In this document: positions 42,924 to 64,000 of the stretch, in pieces
Layout of the letters: the number at the start of each line of letters is the position of its first letter
Numbering within the stretch: the stretch's first letter is position 1
DNA from: the human T2T-CHM13v2.0 reference genome, Homo sapiens
Assembly (NCBI RefSeq): GCF_009914755.1
Contig: NC_060930.1
Reading direction: 5' to 3' (one strand)
DNA length: 64,000 bases
Notes under the pieces: generated by a model
Told to the model about the DNA's origin: nothing
The model's database searches: none
Seen by the model: only the letters and a program-made list of their open reading frames with translations
Made by a program: the position numbers and the translations under genes

Positions 42924-43345
42924 TTATGTGCAACCAGTGTGCTTTGGCTTTAGAAAGGGATGGACAAAAAGACTGATCTAAGATCAGTCTGGGTAGAAGC
43001 AAAGAGGTGAACCTTAAAAGTGCTGAACACAAATCCAAATCTTAATGTTTCAAGCATCTGTGAAATTGCTCTTTATCAACTGGGCTGAATTCTCTTGTTT
43101 ACATTCTTCTGATGGAATGAATTACTTATGGTGTCAGGTAGCTTATTTGTGGATTCCATGATTGATGATGTTCATTTTAAGTTCTTACCAATAGTACAAG
43201 TACATGATGCGACTGAATATTTTCCCACTTTGAAACTGTGAGCTGGTTGTTGCATTAAATACACACACAAACAAGATAAAAAACACTGCAGACTTTTACT
43301 CAAGCTGGTCTTTCTTCCCCAGTGTGAAGCAGTCCTGCCTTTTAA

Positions 43346-43840
43346 CCCTTTTCCCGTTTAGAGAAAAAAGTGCAGCTCGCTGCCAGTCCTCATTTAATTT
43401 TACATAAACATGCTCTTTGAGGTTGGAGCAAATCTAACTGATGTTCAATGTAAAAATAAAATATAAAAACTGTTCTTGGAGTTATTTCTAAGCAGAACTA
43501 ACATTAGAATTGTCTGAATCATCAGAATCATCTATTTCAGAAAAATCGGATTCACTAAATGAATCTTTGTCCAACAACTGTTCCAGAGATGTGAACCTCA
43601 CTCCTAGGAATGCTATGTTTTCTAGGATTTGACATTTTCAGTGATGGCCAATTATTATATTTTGTAAATGGAAATACCACTACTAAAAACAGAATGCTAT
43701 AAATAGAATGATGTCTTTTGTTTCCAAAGAATGATGTGAAAATAATAAAAATGAGGTATTTCCTGGCAAAGTTATCTCAGGATAAATGCTGAAGCAACAA
43801 GCACTGCCAGTGAGTATTCTCGGAGCAAACAGGAAAAGTG
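43346..43840. mobile_element. MER75 (non-autonomous piggyBac DNA transposon) inserted in the retrocopy 3'UTR
   Basis: TTAA (43342-43345) then TIR CCCTTTTCCCGTTT. Right TIR AAACAGGAAAAGTG (12/14 inverted match) is followed by TTGA. Internal sequence matches recalled MER75. Confidence 0.88.
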
Positions 43841-44158
43841 TTGAAAAAAATTATCTGTGAGGGCTGAGCCGTTAAGGGGCTGGGCAGAATATCATGCCAA
43901 CTAAGGGAATTACCAGTTACCCACTAAAAGTACCCAACTCCCAACTCCTGAAGGTAGCCACCTGCGTATTTACTCTTAGTGCAATTTTCCTGTATGTTCT
44001 TGTGAGCAAGCTGTGATTAATAGAGAATTGAAGTTCTGTGAACAACAACAACAAAAAGAAATAGTATAGCAATGTCTAAAATCAAACCAAAGAAAATCAC
44101 ATGAAGAGAACTGGAAATGAACAGGGGAATGAGAAGGAATGGTGAAACCAGAGAAGAA

Positions 44159-44906
<748 letters not shown>

Positions 44907-45445
44907 TAGTCAGAAGTGGCAATGGTTGTGGTCTCCATGAGATGGTCCTCTTGGTTCCCAGCCCCATCCTCCTTCCCTGTACCTGCTTGTGTGCCTGTTG
45001 ATTTTGTGTATTGTAAGGATTGAGGCACATTTTTTTCCTTATATGGAGAGCTGTTTTTTCTATTTCCATTTACTGAAGACTATCCTTTCCCCATTGAATT
45101 ACCTTATTACCTTTGTAGAAAATAAATTAACTACACATGTATGGCTATATCTATATTTATGGGATATATTTCTGGCTGTATCTGTTTCTGGATTTTCCAA
45201 TCTCCTACATTGATATATAGGTTTGTTCATGCTGTAATACCACATTGTCCTGATGCTTTACCTTTATAATAATCTGTTAGATCAGGTAGTAAAATCCTCT
45301 GAATTTTGTTTAAAATTGTTTTAGATATTCTAAATCCTTTTCATTTTCATATAAACTTTGGAATCAGCCAATCAATTACTAGGGGAAAGGAACTGCTTTT
45401 TTTAAAGATTGCATTGAAACTTTAAGTCATTTTGGAAAAAACTGA

Positions 45446-45574
<129 letters not shown>

Positions 45575-46255
45575 TGAGCTCAAGAGTTTGAGAACAGCCT
45601 AGGCCACATAGTGAAACCCCGTCTCAACAAAACATCAAAAAATTAGCTGGGCATGGTGATGTGTGCCTGTAGTTCCAGCTACTCAGGAGGCTAAGATGGG
45701 AGGATCGCTTGAGCCCAGGAGGTCAAGGCTGCAGTGAGCCAAGATTGTGCCACTGCACTCCAGCCTGGGCAACAGAGTGAGACCCTGTCTCAAAACAAAA
45801 ACAAAAACAAAAACCACTTTTATTTCTTACATTGTTTCTGCTTTGGCCACTGGGAGCACTTTCAGTTGGCGCCTGTGTTGCTTTGACGTACCCTTCATTG
45901 CGTGCTGATATGTGTGTTTAGCACCTCGTTGTTTTTCTGGCACTACAAGATGTTCCAGGTTCATCTTATATATTCTGTGTCCCAGTCCTAGAATCGGTCA
46001 TTTCTCCAAGGAAACCTGGTTTCTTTCACTGGACGGTAGTTTTAGAAACCAAGATCTGGGCATTAGGTGTGCTTATTGAGTATACTGGGGTATCTTTGCT
46101 TCTAGGTCATCTTAAGGAAATAGACCCTTGGAAGGAAATATACATATTACTGTATTCCTTCACTTGCTTATGTGTAAACTCCCGCTCCACCAGTGAGAAA
46201 CCTGGCTACCCTCATCCTCCATTTACTTAATTTTCCAAAGTAATTGAATTTTTGA

Positions 46256-46699
<444 letters not shown>

Positions 46700-46842
46700 T
46701 AGCTGTTATAATTATGCCTGTCATTTCTGGGCTTGTTTCTTTCTTTCTTTCTTTCTTTTTTTTTTTTTGAGACAGGATCTTGTTATGTTGCCCAGGCTTG
46801 GGCTTGTTTCTGTTGATTTATATTTCTCCCACTTCGTGTCAC

Positions 46843-47750
<908 letters not shown>

Positions 47751-48412
47751 CCTACTCTTAATTTTTTATATTTGGTGATTATATATTGAATGCTAGTTAT
47801 TTTGAAAGTTACTTTGATAAGTGTCTGGATTTCTGTATTTTTTTTTTAAAAGAATGTTGAATTATGTTTTGGCAGGCAGTTGAGTCACTTGCTTTGTTAG
47901 GGTAGGTCTAGTTGTTCAAGGGCTAAATGTAACCTCAAGTATTCAACAAGATTTCTCTGTTGTGGCTAATCACAACTCTCAAACATCTTTTGGCTCTGGG
48001 AACTGTTCAGCTTTCAGCAGCCGTTAACTAGTTTTCTTTGCCTGACCTTGTGGTGTTCCATGCTATGCATGTGCTGCTTTATATTCAGCCAGAAACTCAA
48101 GGTGGCCTCTGTGCAGATTTCCAGAGCCCTTTCTCTGCATAACTAACTCCTCTCTACTACTCTGCTCTGCAAATTCCGGCCACCTCAACCTTTCCAAAAT
48201 CTGATCTGTCTCCTTAATTCAGCAAGACTTCTATGCTTTGTTTGGGTTCCCCCTTCCTATAATGTGATTCAGAAAGAGCTACTAGGCAGAAAGCAGAAGT
48301 ATTGTTGTGATAACATCTTTGTTTTCCTGCTCTATTCTTCAATGTCCAATTGTCCAATATCTAGTTGTTCCATATAGTGTGTGTACATTTTCTGGTTATT
48401 TATACAAGAGGG

Positions 48413-49103
<691 letters not shown>

Positions 49104-49560
49104 GAGGGCAAATATAGTTCCAGGTATTCTGTCATGGCAGGAAGTATAACACCCTCTACTGTTTTAGTTGCTATTTCACATGGTATTTTCCAAAATTAAT
49201 TACATTTTCAAATATAACTTCCATATGTGGTCATATGGAAATGTAATTGTCTTGAACTCTTATTAATTCTATAATTTATCTGTAGACATTTTATAAGTTT
49301 TCTATATAGACATTTGTGTCAAAAATAATATTTTTTCTTTTTTGCTTTGGAATTTTAATTTTTTTCTTGCTGTATTGGCTTGGGTTTCCACAATAATGTA
49401 GAATAGAAGTGGTAATAGTGGATATTCTTTCTTATTCCTGCTTTTTAAAGGAATGTTTTAAGCATTAATATCACACATGATGTTTGCTATAGCTCTTTTT
49501 TAGATCCCAATGAAATAGATTAAATAAGTTGTCTTTTAAAATTAGTTCATGGGTTATTTT

Positions 49561-52100
<2,540 letters not shown>

Positions 52101-52132
52101 TTTTGATTTAATAAATGATGCTTAATCACATC

Positions 52133-52508
52133 TGATATGGTTTGGCTCTGTATCTCCACCCAAATATCACCTTAAATTGTAGTTCCCATAATCTCCATGT
52201 GTCATGGGAGGGACAGAGCAGGAGGTAATTTAATCACGGGGGTGGTTGCCCTCATGCTGTTCTCTTCATAGTGAGTGAGTTCTGCCAAGATCTGACAGTT
52301 TTATCGGGGCTTTTCCCTCTTTTGCTCAGCAATTCTCCTTCCTGCCGCCATGTGAAGAAGGACATGTTTGCTTCTCCTTCCACCATGATTGTAAGTTTCC
52401 TGAGGCCTCCCCAGCCCTGCAGAACTGTAAGTCAATTAAACCTCTTCTTCTATAAATTACCCAGTCTTGGGTACGTCTTTATTAGCAGTGTGAGAACAGA
52501 CTAATACA
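52133..52508 (+). mobile_element. THE1C-like MaLR solo LTR, uninterrupted
   Basis: TGATATGGTTTGGCT...GACTAATACA; 5-bp TSD ACATC (52128-52132, 52509-52513). Confidence 0.9.
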
Positions 52509-52751
52509 ACATCAGATGCATTTTTTGCATCTACTGATATAATTTTTCTCTTTTAATTTCTTAATGTGAATTATATCAATGGATTTTTCTAATGTCAAAG
52601 CAATTCTACATTCCTACATGAAGTCCAACTGGCTCATGATCTATATCTGTATGTATGTATGTTTCATCTGTCTTTTCTGCTGATTCTCATTCATGGTATA
52701 TGACTTCCTCATCAGCTTAATTATTTTTACTATGTAATATGTAATACTCAT

Positions 52752-53594
<843 letters not shown>

Positions 53595-54277
53595 CTCATT
53601 ATCCTTGAGAATTTATTTGCAGGATTTCCTTATAGCTTTAGATGAAGGAGCAGTCCTGCAGAGAGGTCTTGCATTGACTTATCCTAGGTGCCTAAGGGCA
53701 CTATTCTGAGAACACTTTAAACTACATTTAGGGCTTAAGGTAATGCACTTTTGTTTTTTTTTTTTTGAGAGGGTCTCGCTCTGCACCCAAGCTGAGTGTG
53801 GTGGTGCAATCTCAGCTTACTGCCGCCTCTACCCGCTGGTCTCTTCCACCTCAGCCTCCCCAGCAGCTGGGACCACAGATGGGGACCACCAAGCCTGGCT
53901 ATTTTTTGTATTTTTTATGGAGATGAGGTCCCCCTATGTTGCCCAGGCTAATCTTGAACTCTGGGGCTCAAGTGATTCTCCTGTTTGGCCTCCCAAAGTA
54001 CTGGGATTACATGCATGAGCCACCACACCTGGCCAGGTAATATACTTTTGAGCTGCAAATCCATGCAGAGGCTAGGCTGTGTTATACTTCTCAGCACTGT
54101 CCCGTCTTTGCTCTCTTTAGACAAACAAATTTTTCTCAGAGTCCCCTAGGGTAGAGAAAGGAATGAATTTACTTCTGTTTTGCCCTAATCCTGGGCTGTA
54201 GCCCTTTGAGGGGGCCAGCTTGATATGAGGAGACTCCCAAATCAGCCTTCCCAACATGTAGTCCCCCTAGGCTTTGA

Positions 54278-54829
<552 letters not shown>

Positions 54830-55187
54830 TAGAGATGAAGTCTTTCTCTGTCACCCATGCTGGAGTACACTGATGTGATCAGAGCTCACAGTACCTTGAA
54901 CTCCTGGGCTTCAGTGATCCTCCTGCCTGGGACTCCCAGAGCACTGGGATTATGGGTGGGAGCCACCTTGCCTGGCCAGATTTTTTTCCTTTTAGCCAGC
55001 ATTTGTTGTTTTTTTCAGTAATGGGGCTGGTCTGAATAACCCAGTCCACCATATTCCAGGAAATCTATTGAAAATTTTATATTCTGAATCTGTCAGTTCC
55101 ACCAGCTGAACATTTTGCTGGTCTGATTCTGCTGTCTGTTGCTTCTGTTGGCTTTTACTCATGATGCTTTGTTTTCCTGTTAAATAG

Positions 55188-55532
<345 letters not shown>

Positions 55533-55976
55533 TGAGAGAATTTGCAGATCCTCTGTCAATTGCCTGGAGGCATGGCAACCCAGTACCAAACGACTTTCTT
55601 TGCTTGAGGTTTTTCGCGTCACCCAAGAATTATGAATTGGACCACAAACTTGCATGAGGTATGACTTGTGGTTCAGAGGAATTTTTTTCCCCTCTCTCTC
55701 CATTAGTTCCGATGTTGAGACAGGCACATTTCTTTGCTGCTCCCCACCCACACCTACAGACGAGCTTTGTGTATTGTCCTCCATAAGTTGGTCATCTCAT
55801 GTCCTGTATACTTGTCTTTGATGGCTATCAGAATCAAAGCTTGGTGACATCAGGGACTGGTAGATGATCACAGTATTCTGACATTTCAGGTCTTCCTTAT
55901 TTCTCTGGATTCCTGCTTCCACTTGCTTGGCCTTTGAGGATTCTTTTTCATTTCTATCAAATGAAAGATGAATTTA

Positions 55977-56096
<120 letters not shown>

Positions 56097-56337
56097 CTAC
56101 ATTCTAGCCTGTTTGATAGAGTCAGACCATGTCTCTAACAAGAGAAAATTTAGCCAAGCGCAGTGGCTCACACGTGTAATCTCAGCACTTTGGGAGGCCA
56201 AGGAGGGAGAAGTGCTTGAGCCCAGGAGTTTGGGACCAGCTTGAGCAACATAGTGAGACCTTGTCTCTACCAAAAAAAAAAAAAAAAAAAAAAATTAGCC
56301 AGGTGTAGTGGCACAAACCTGTAGTCCTAGCTACTCA

Positions 56338-56457
<120 letters not shown>

Positions 56458-56873
56458 TCAGTGAGATGCCCCTTCTCATCCACTAGGATGGACATGAAAG
56501 AAAAAAAATAAAACAGCCAAACAAACAAAACAGAAAAAGTACAAAAGAAAGTAAGTATTTTAATTAGTATTGATAGTTATACAACACAAGTATTTAGGAA
56601 CTCTGGTCTGCCATTCTTCCAGAAATCTATCATTTTAAGGTGTCAACTGTCCCCGGGAGTTAAGAGGGCCATGATTGTAGATCCTAAAGACTATGCAGGG
56701 TGTCCTGACCCCAGAGATAAGATTAGGTTCCATTTCACCATCATTTTGTGCTTCAAATGCTAATTCTTTCAATGTCCACACTCGATTCTCTTTTATAACT
56801 CTTTGTGATTACTAATCCATTCTTCTCTACAAATCTTTTAAAATAAATCAAAACAAAAATGACAAGGTGGTAA

Positions 56874-57179
<306 letters not shown>

Positions 57180-57313
57180 TGAGCCACTGCGCCTGGCCTC
57201 AAACCATTTTTTAAATGATGCCTGCCAAGGTCCAAACAATTTAACAAGTACTTATGTCCTAGCAACTTAGTAACCACTTGAAAAAAGTAATACACGTAAA
57301 TAGAAGAAAATAA

Positions 57314-57571
<258 letters not shown>

Positions 57572-58020
57572 TGAACTACTGACCTCGTGATCCTCCTGCC
57601 TCAGCCTCCCAAAGTACTGGGATTACAGGCATGAGCCACTGCATCTGGCCTATTTTTTTCATTTTTAAATAAGCACAATGACATAACAATGGAGTGTGTA
57701 TGCCTGTCCAGCACTTCACAACTCTCAAAGCCTTGAAATCAGATTGAACAATTCCACTCTTTTTTCTGCACACATCAATTTTCACTCACTATTTCCCTTT
57801 TATCCCAACAACTGTCAGAAACCCAACTTCACAAAGGAGTGAACATAGTACAATCTGATGCTGAAATTGTGAATTCCCTTGAGCTAGTAGTTCCTGTGGT
57901 GTCTGAAGCATTGGTATGTTTCCCTGGACATCTTCTCTGTTCCTTCTATGGTTCATTCCTTTGAATTTGTTGCTGTGCCTCAGGACACACTGGAGCATAG
58001 TTTAGCAACCATGCTCTTAA

Positions 58021-58367
<347 letters not shown>

Positions 58368-58416
58368 CAACTTTTTTTTTTTAATCTCCTCTCTATAACC
58401 TTTGAAAAAAGTTTAA

Positions 58417-58722
<306 letters not shown>

Positions 58723-59326
58723 ATTTTAAATTACTCTCATCCCAAAGCAATTTGATTTCCCCTATCATTACGCTGATGCAGTTATCACTGAAGTCACCAC
58801 TGAAGCCCCTTTACTAAATCTAATGCAAACTCCTAAATCTTAAACCATAGGTAGTTTAGGGCAACAGTTGATACTTTTGACTGCCATGACCTTATATCAT
58901 GCAACCAAGATGACTTTATTTCCTTTAAGTTACAAATACCATTATTTTTAGCCTCCACTTTACTTGCCTGCAAAACTTTGTCTTTCACTGTGCCAGACTA
59001 ACAGAATGGCAAGAATTCTAGTAGTTCCCCAGCCAAATACTAGACTACAGGGTTCAGGTTACCTCTGAACAATGGGAGAGCCTTTGACTATGTCTTCCCT
59101 TTGCCAAGTCAAGACACTACAATCTTCTCTAGGCCCAGAAACAGGTGAAAATCTATTTTATCCTCACGCAAAATTTTATCCCAACTCCAAGCTGACTTAA
59201 TTATTTTGTCTAAAATGCAGACACAGTTTAAATTTTTACAGTGCAGTGGAACAATGCTTCATATTATTGATCTTTATTTCAGAATACAATTGTAAGTTTA
59301 CCCTTATAAATAAAAATAGCTCCCCT

Positions 59327-59369
<43 letters not shown>

Positions 59370-59690
59370 GGGAAGAGTAACTTACTCTCAAAAAGAAATC
59401 CAGGCCAGGTGTGGTCACTTATGACTGTAATCACAGCTCTCTGGGAGGCTAAGGTAGGATCACTTGAGCCCGCGAGTTTGAGATCAGCCTGTGCAACATG
59501 GTGAGACTCCTGTCTCTACAAAAATTTTAAAAAATTAGCCAGGTGTGGTGGCCCACACCTGTAATCCCAGCTACTTACAGCTGGGAGGCTGAGGCACAAG
59601 AATCGCTTGAGCCCAGGAGGCAGAGGTTATAGTGAACTAAGATCAGGCCACTGCACTCCAGCCTGGGCCACAGAACAAGACTCTGTCTCA

Positions 59691-59721
<31 letters not shown>

Positions 59722-60277
59722 GCTACTTTGGATTATTTGTTTCCCAGGTACTTTGATGTTGAAGACTTATCTTGAAGAGGAGATGGGGGAATTCCAGTCA
59801 CTTCAAAGAGATAAATCATATAGTAAAGTAGTACACTTGCATTTGGAGGGATAAATATCAACCTTTTGAGTGTTTATCATTAGTTTGCTCACAAGGCTCT
59901 GATCTACTTCAAATGTGTCAAATTGAGTTGCTAATATGCAAAGATACGAAGACCATGATGGTCTCAAAATATTGTAACCTTGTGAGGCCTTATTTGCTGA
60001 GCATCTCAATGCTTCCTATAATCGTGCTCTCGATATAATTGTGCCCTCGATTTATAATGTGTTTGTAGCAGCAAGTTAGACTGAGTCTAAGGAAATAAGG
60101 AAATGGCTTTTGGGTGGTAGGCCCTCTTTTATCACACTGGAGACTTATTTCATTCTATTGTAACACAATAATTTGTTCTCTTTTTCAATGATAATCTGAA
60201 ATGAACCAAAAATGAATTTTTTTTTTTTTGAGACATGGTCTTGCTCTGTCACCCAGGCTGCAGTGCAGTGGCATGAT

Positions 60278-60670
60278 TGTGTTAGTCAACTTTTGCATCG
60301 CTATAATAAAGAAAAGCTGTTTAATTGGTTCACAGTTCTGCAGGCTGTACATGAAGCATAGTGCCGGCATCTACTTCTGGTGAGGGCCTCAGGAAGCTTA
60401 CAATCATGGCAGAGGGTAAAGGAGGAGCCAGGGTGTCACATAGCAAGAGAGGGAGCAAGAGAGAGAGAAGGGTGAGGTCTCAGATTTTGAACCAACCAGA
60501 TCTCTAGTGAACTCAGCGAGAACTCACTGGCCCCTAAGGGGACAGTGCTAAACCATTCACGGGGGCTCTGCCCCCATGATTCAATCACCTCCCACCAGGT
60601 CCCACCTCCAACATTGGGAATCGTATTTCCACATGAGATTTGGAGGGGGACAAACATCCAAATCATATCA
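60278..60670 (-). mobile_element. MSTB-like MaLR LTR inserted inside an AluJ
   Basis: tgtgttagtc..cacagttctgcaggctgtac..acctcccaccaggtcccacctccaacattggg..catatca. The AluJ stops at ggcatgat and resumes at catggctcactg. Confidence 0.8.
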
Positions 60671-61043
60671 ACTGTCATGGCTCACTGTAGCCTCAAATTC
60701 CTGGGCTCGAGTGATCCTCCTGCCTCAGCCTCCTGAGTAGCTAGTACTATAGGTGTGCACCACCACGACCAGCTAATTTTAAATTTTTATACAGAGATGG
60801 GAGTCTCACTATGTTGCCAAGGCTGGTCTTGAACTCCTGGCCTCAAGTGATCCGCCTGGACCTCCCAAAACAATGCAATTACAGGTGTGAGCCACTGTGT
60901 GTGCCCAGCCCCAAATTTTTATACTAAGCATAATCTATTAGCTCACAAAAACAGCATGAGACTTTAATGTATGCAAAATATCACCTTCTCACAAGCAACT
61001 TGTAGTAGTGTTGATTTGGAAAGCCTGGGAAGAAATCGTGTTT

Positions 61044-61112
61044 GTAGAGTGGGTGTTAGATGTGCATGTGTTACAGTGGGTGTTAGAGTGGGTGTTAGAT
61101 GCATGTGTTAGA
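61044..61112. repeat. Degenerate 12-bp minisatellite (AGTGGGTGTTAG-like)
   Basis: agtgggtgttag occurs three times, interspersed with gcatgtgtta variants. Confidence 0.8.
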
Positions 61113-61248
61113 AGTAAGAAAAGATTCATTGGGTGGGTGCAGTGGCTGAGGCCTGTAATCCTAGCACTTTGGGAGGCTGAGGGGGGGAGGTCACTTGAAC
61201 TCAAAAGTTCAAGACCAGCCTGGCCAACATGGCAAAATCCCATCTCTA

Positions 61249-61416
<168 letters not shown>

Positions 61417-61500
61417 TCAAAAAAAAAAAAAAAAAAGATTCATCATAAAGAGAAAGTCATGAATCTGCTAGTGTACTCATTGGGGAACAAATGTTAAACC

Positions 61501-61564
61501 TAAATCAGTATTTAAGTTTAATATTAAATCACTATTTAAATTTAACACTAAATCAGTACTTAAA
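61501..61564. repeat. 24-bp tandem repeat, ~2.7 copies
   Basis: taaatcagtatttaagtttaatat / taaatcactatttaaatttaacac / taaatcagtacttaaa. Confidence 0.85.
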
Positions 61565-62369
61565 CTATAAAGCGTATAAATTTAAATTTTCTTGATCTCT
61601 GACTACTACTACTAGTGATGTGTGCTGTTTTACCTCTAGCCATTTGAAGAACTACCTCTTTTTTTTTTTTTTTTTGAGTCAGAGTCTTGCTCTGTCACCC
61701 AGACTGGAGTGCAGTGGTGCAATCTCGGCTCACCGCTAACCTCCACCTACCAGGCTCAAGCGATTCTCCTGTCTCAGCCTCCTGAGTAGCTGGGATTACA
61801 GGTGCGCACCACTACCACCCGGCCAATTTTTGTATTTTTAGTAGAGATGGGGTTTCACCATGTTGGCCAGGCTGGTCTCAAACTCCTGGCCTCAGATGAT
61901 CCACCCGCCTTGGCCTCCCAAAGTGCTGGGATTACAAGCATGAGCCACTGCACCCAGGAAGAACTCCCTCTTCATCAGGCAACAAAATACTTATCAAACC
62001 CAAAATTCCTACTTATTTTAAATGAAGTTGGTAAAAGTAAAATGTTTACTTTTAATATCTTATGCTTCTCTCAGGATGCCTGGTTTGGGTATCAAGTTTG
62101 GCGACTTTGTGAATTATATGGTGCCCATTAAAAAAAATGAGATAGGAAATTACTGAATTATTAGAAAGGGACAAAATATTTTTAAAAATCTCATAATCCT
62201 AGTATACTAATACAATTTTTATTTTTCATATCATTTTCAGGCCTTACATACATACTTTTAGAGCTAAAATACATTAACAGTTTGTTTTCTACGCCTTTGT
62301 ACTTAATAGTCTCTCATATACATTTCTTTTATATTCCTAGTCCTATTCTAACCATTTCTTTAAATTTGA

Positions 62370-63260
<891 letters not shown>

Positions 63261-63470
63261 TTTTAAAAATCATTTTATTGGTAGTATAATAATTCATTTG
63301 TCTCTATACCCTAATTTACTAAGCATTCTGGAATGTTTGCTTCCTAAGTTTTCTTTTTTCCAATTGGGTGGGAATTAGTTTTAATTTAGACAATGCTCCA
63401 GGTTTTTGCCCCGTTTTAAAAGTACCTCATAAACATATATTATTCCTTCTAATAGCTGATAATTCACGTT

Positions 63471-63504
<34 letters not shown>

Positions 63505-63576
63505 TAGTGCTACCTCACAATTATCCCTTATCTAAGAAGTGCCCTGTCCATGGGAGCGAGTACCCTCTAGCTAGAC

Positions 63577-63777
63577 CTATGCTTTCCAATATGGTAGCCA
63601 CTAGCCACATACTTAAACATGAGTCAATTAAAGTAAAATAAAATTGGAAATTATCTTCCTCAGCTGCCCTAGCCGTATTTCAAGTGCACAGTAGCCACAC
63701 AGGGCTAGTGCTACTGAATTGGGCCGCACAGATTCAGAACATTTCCATGACCCCAGAAAGTTCTATGGTGACTACTG
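63577..63777. mobile_element. MER33/MER3-type hAT-Charlie MITE
   Basis: ccaatatggtagccactagccaca, tatttcaagtgc, gaacatttccat, agaaagttctat; near-TSD AGCTAGAC / CTCTAGAC. Confidence 0.75.
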
Positions 63778-64000
63778 CTCTAGACTATTTTTGACTCTGA
63801 CCTCTTGGCCATGGCTGAATTCATTTCTATAAGTTACTCCCAGAAACTATTTAGTCCTCAGGGACAATCTGATGATAACATTTACAGGAGAACACCAGAA
63901 ACTTTAGATTATGAAATATCTCTTCCAATGACTGAAGTACTCCTGACCACTATTTCCTATCAGTCTTTTGAGAACCAAATTAGTGGTCAGTTTCTTGGTG

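Noticed and set aside
63472-63501. Isolated T30 run as a possible orphan retro-insertion tail
   Set aside because: No TSD and no adjacent element body.

Overview
Primate, almost certainly human, genomic DNA: it has about 80 Alu copies by my count, a full-length SVA and a consensus-like AluYa5. I find no intact protein-coding gene. Nearly all ORF-track entries are Alu, SVA, LTR or low-complexity artefacts. The one gene-derived feature is an ancient processed pseudogene of STMN2 (SCG10) at ~40480-44057 (+). It runs from 5'UTR to poly(A) remnant and is broken by five Alus and a MER75 piggyBac element. The most unusual observation is a 97-nt non-repeat segment (40564-40660) exactly at the STMN2 exon1/exon2 junction of that retrocopy, which may be a fossil alternative or poison exon. 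The rest is layered transposon debris: MER41A, MER68, MER77, MST/THE1/MLT1 LTRs, MER1B, MER44B, MER33, MER5, old L1M, L2 and MIR. A few repeat-poor islands carry candidate CTCF and IRF/ETS motifs. I do not see a novel multi-gene system. Gene and repeat family names come from recalled consensus sequences, not from a database search.
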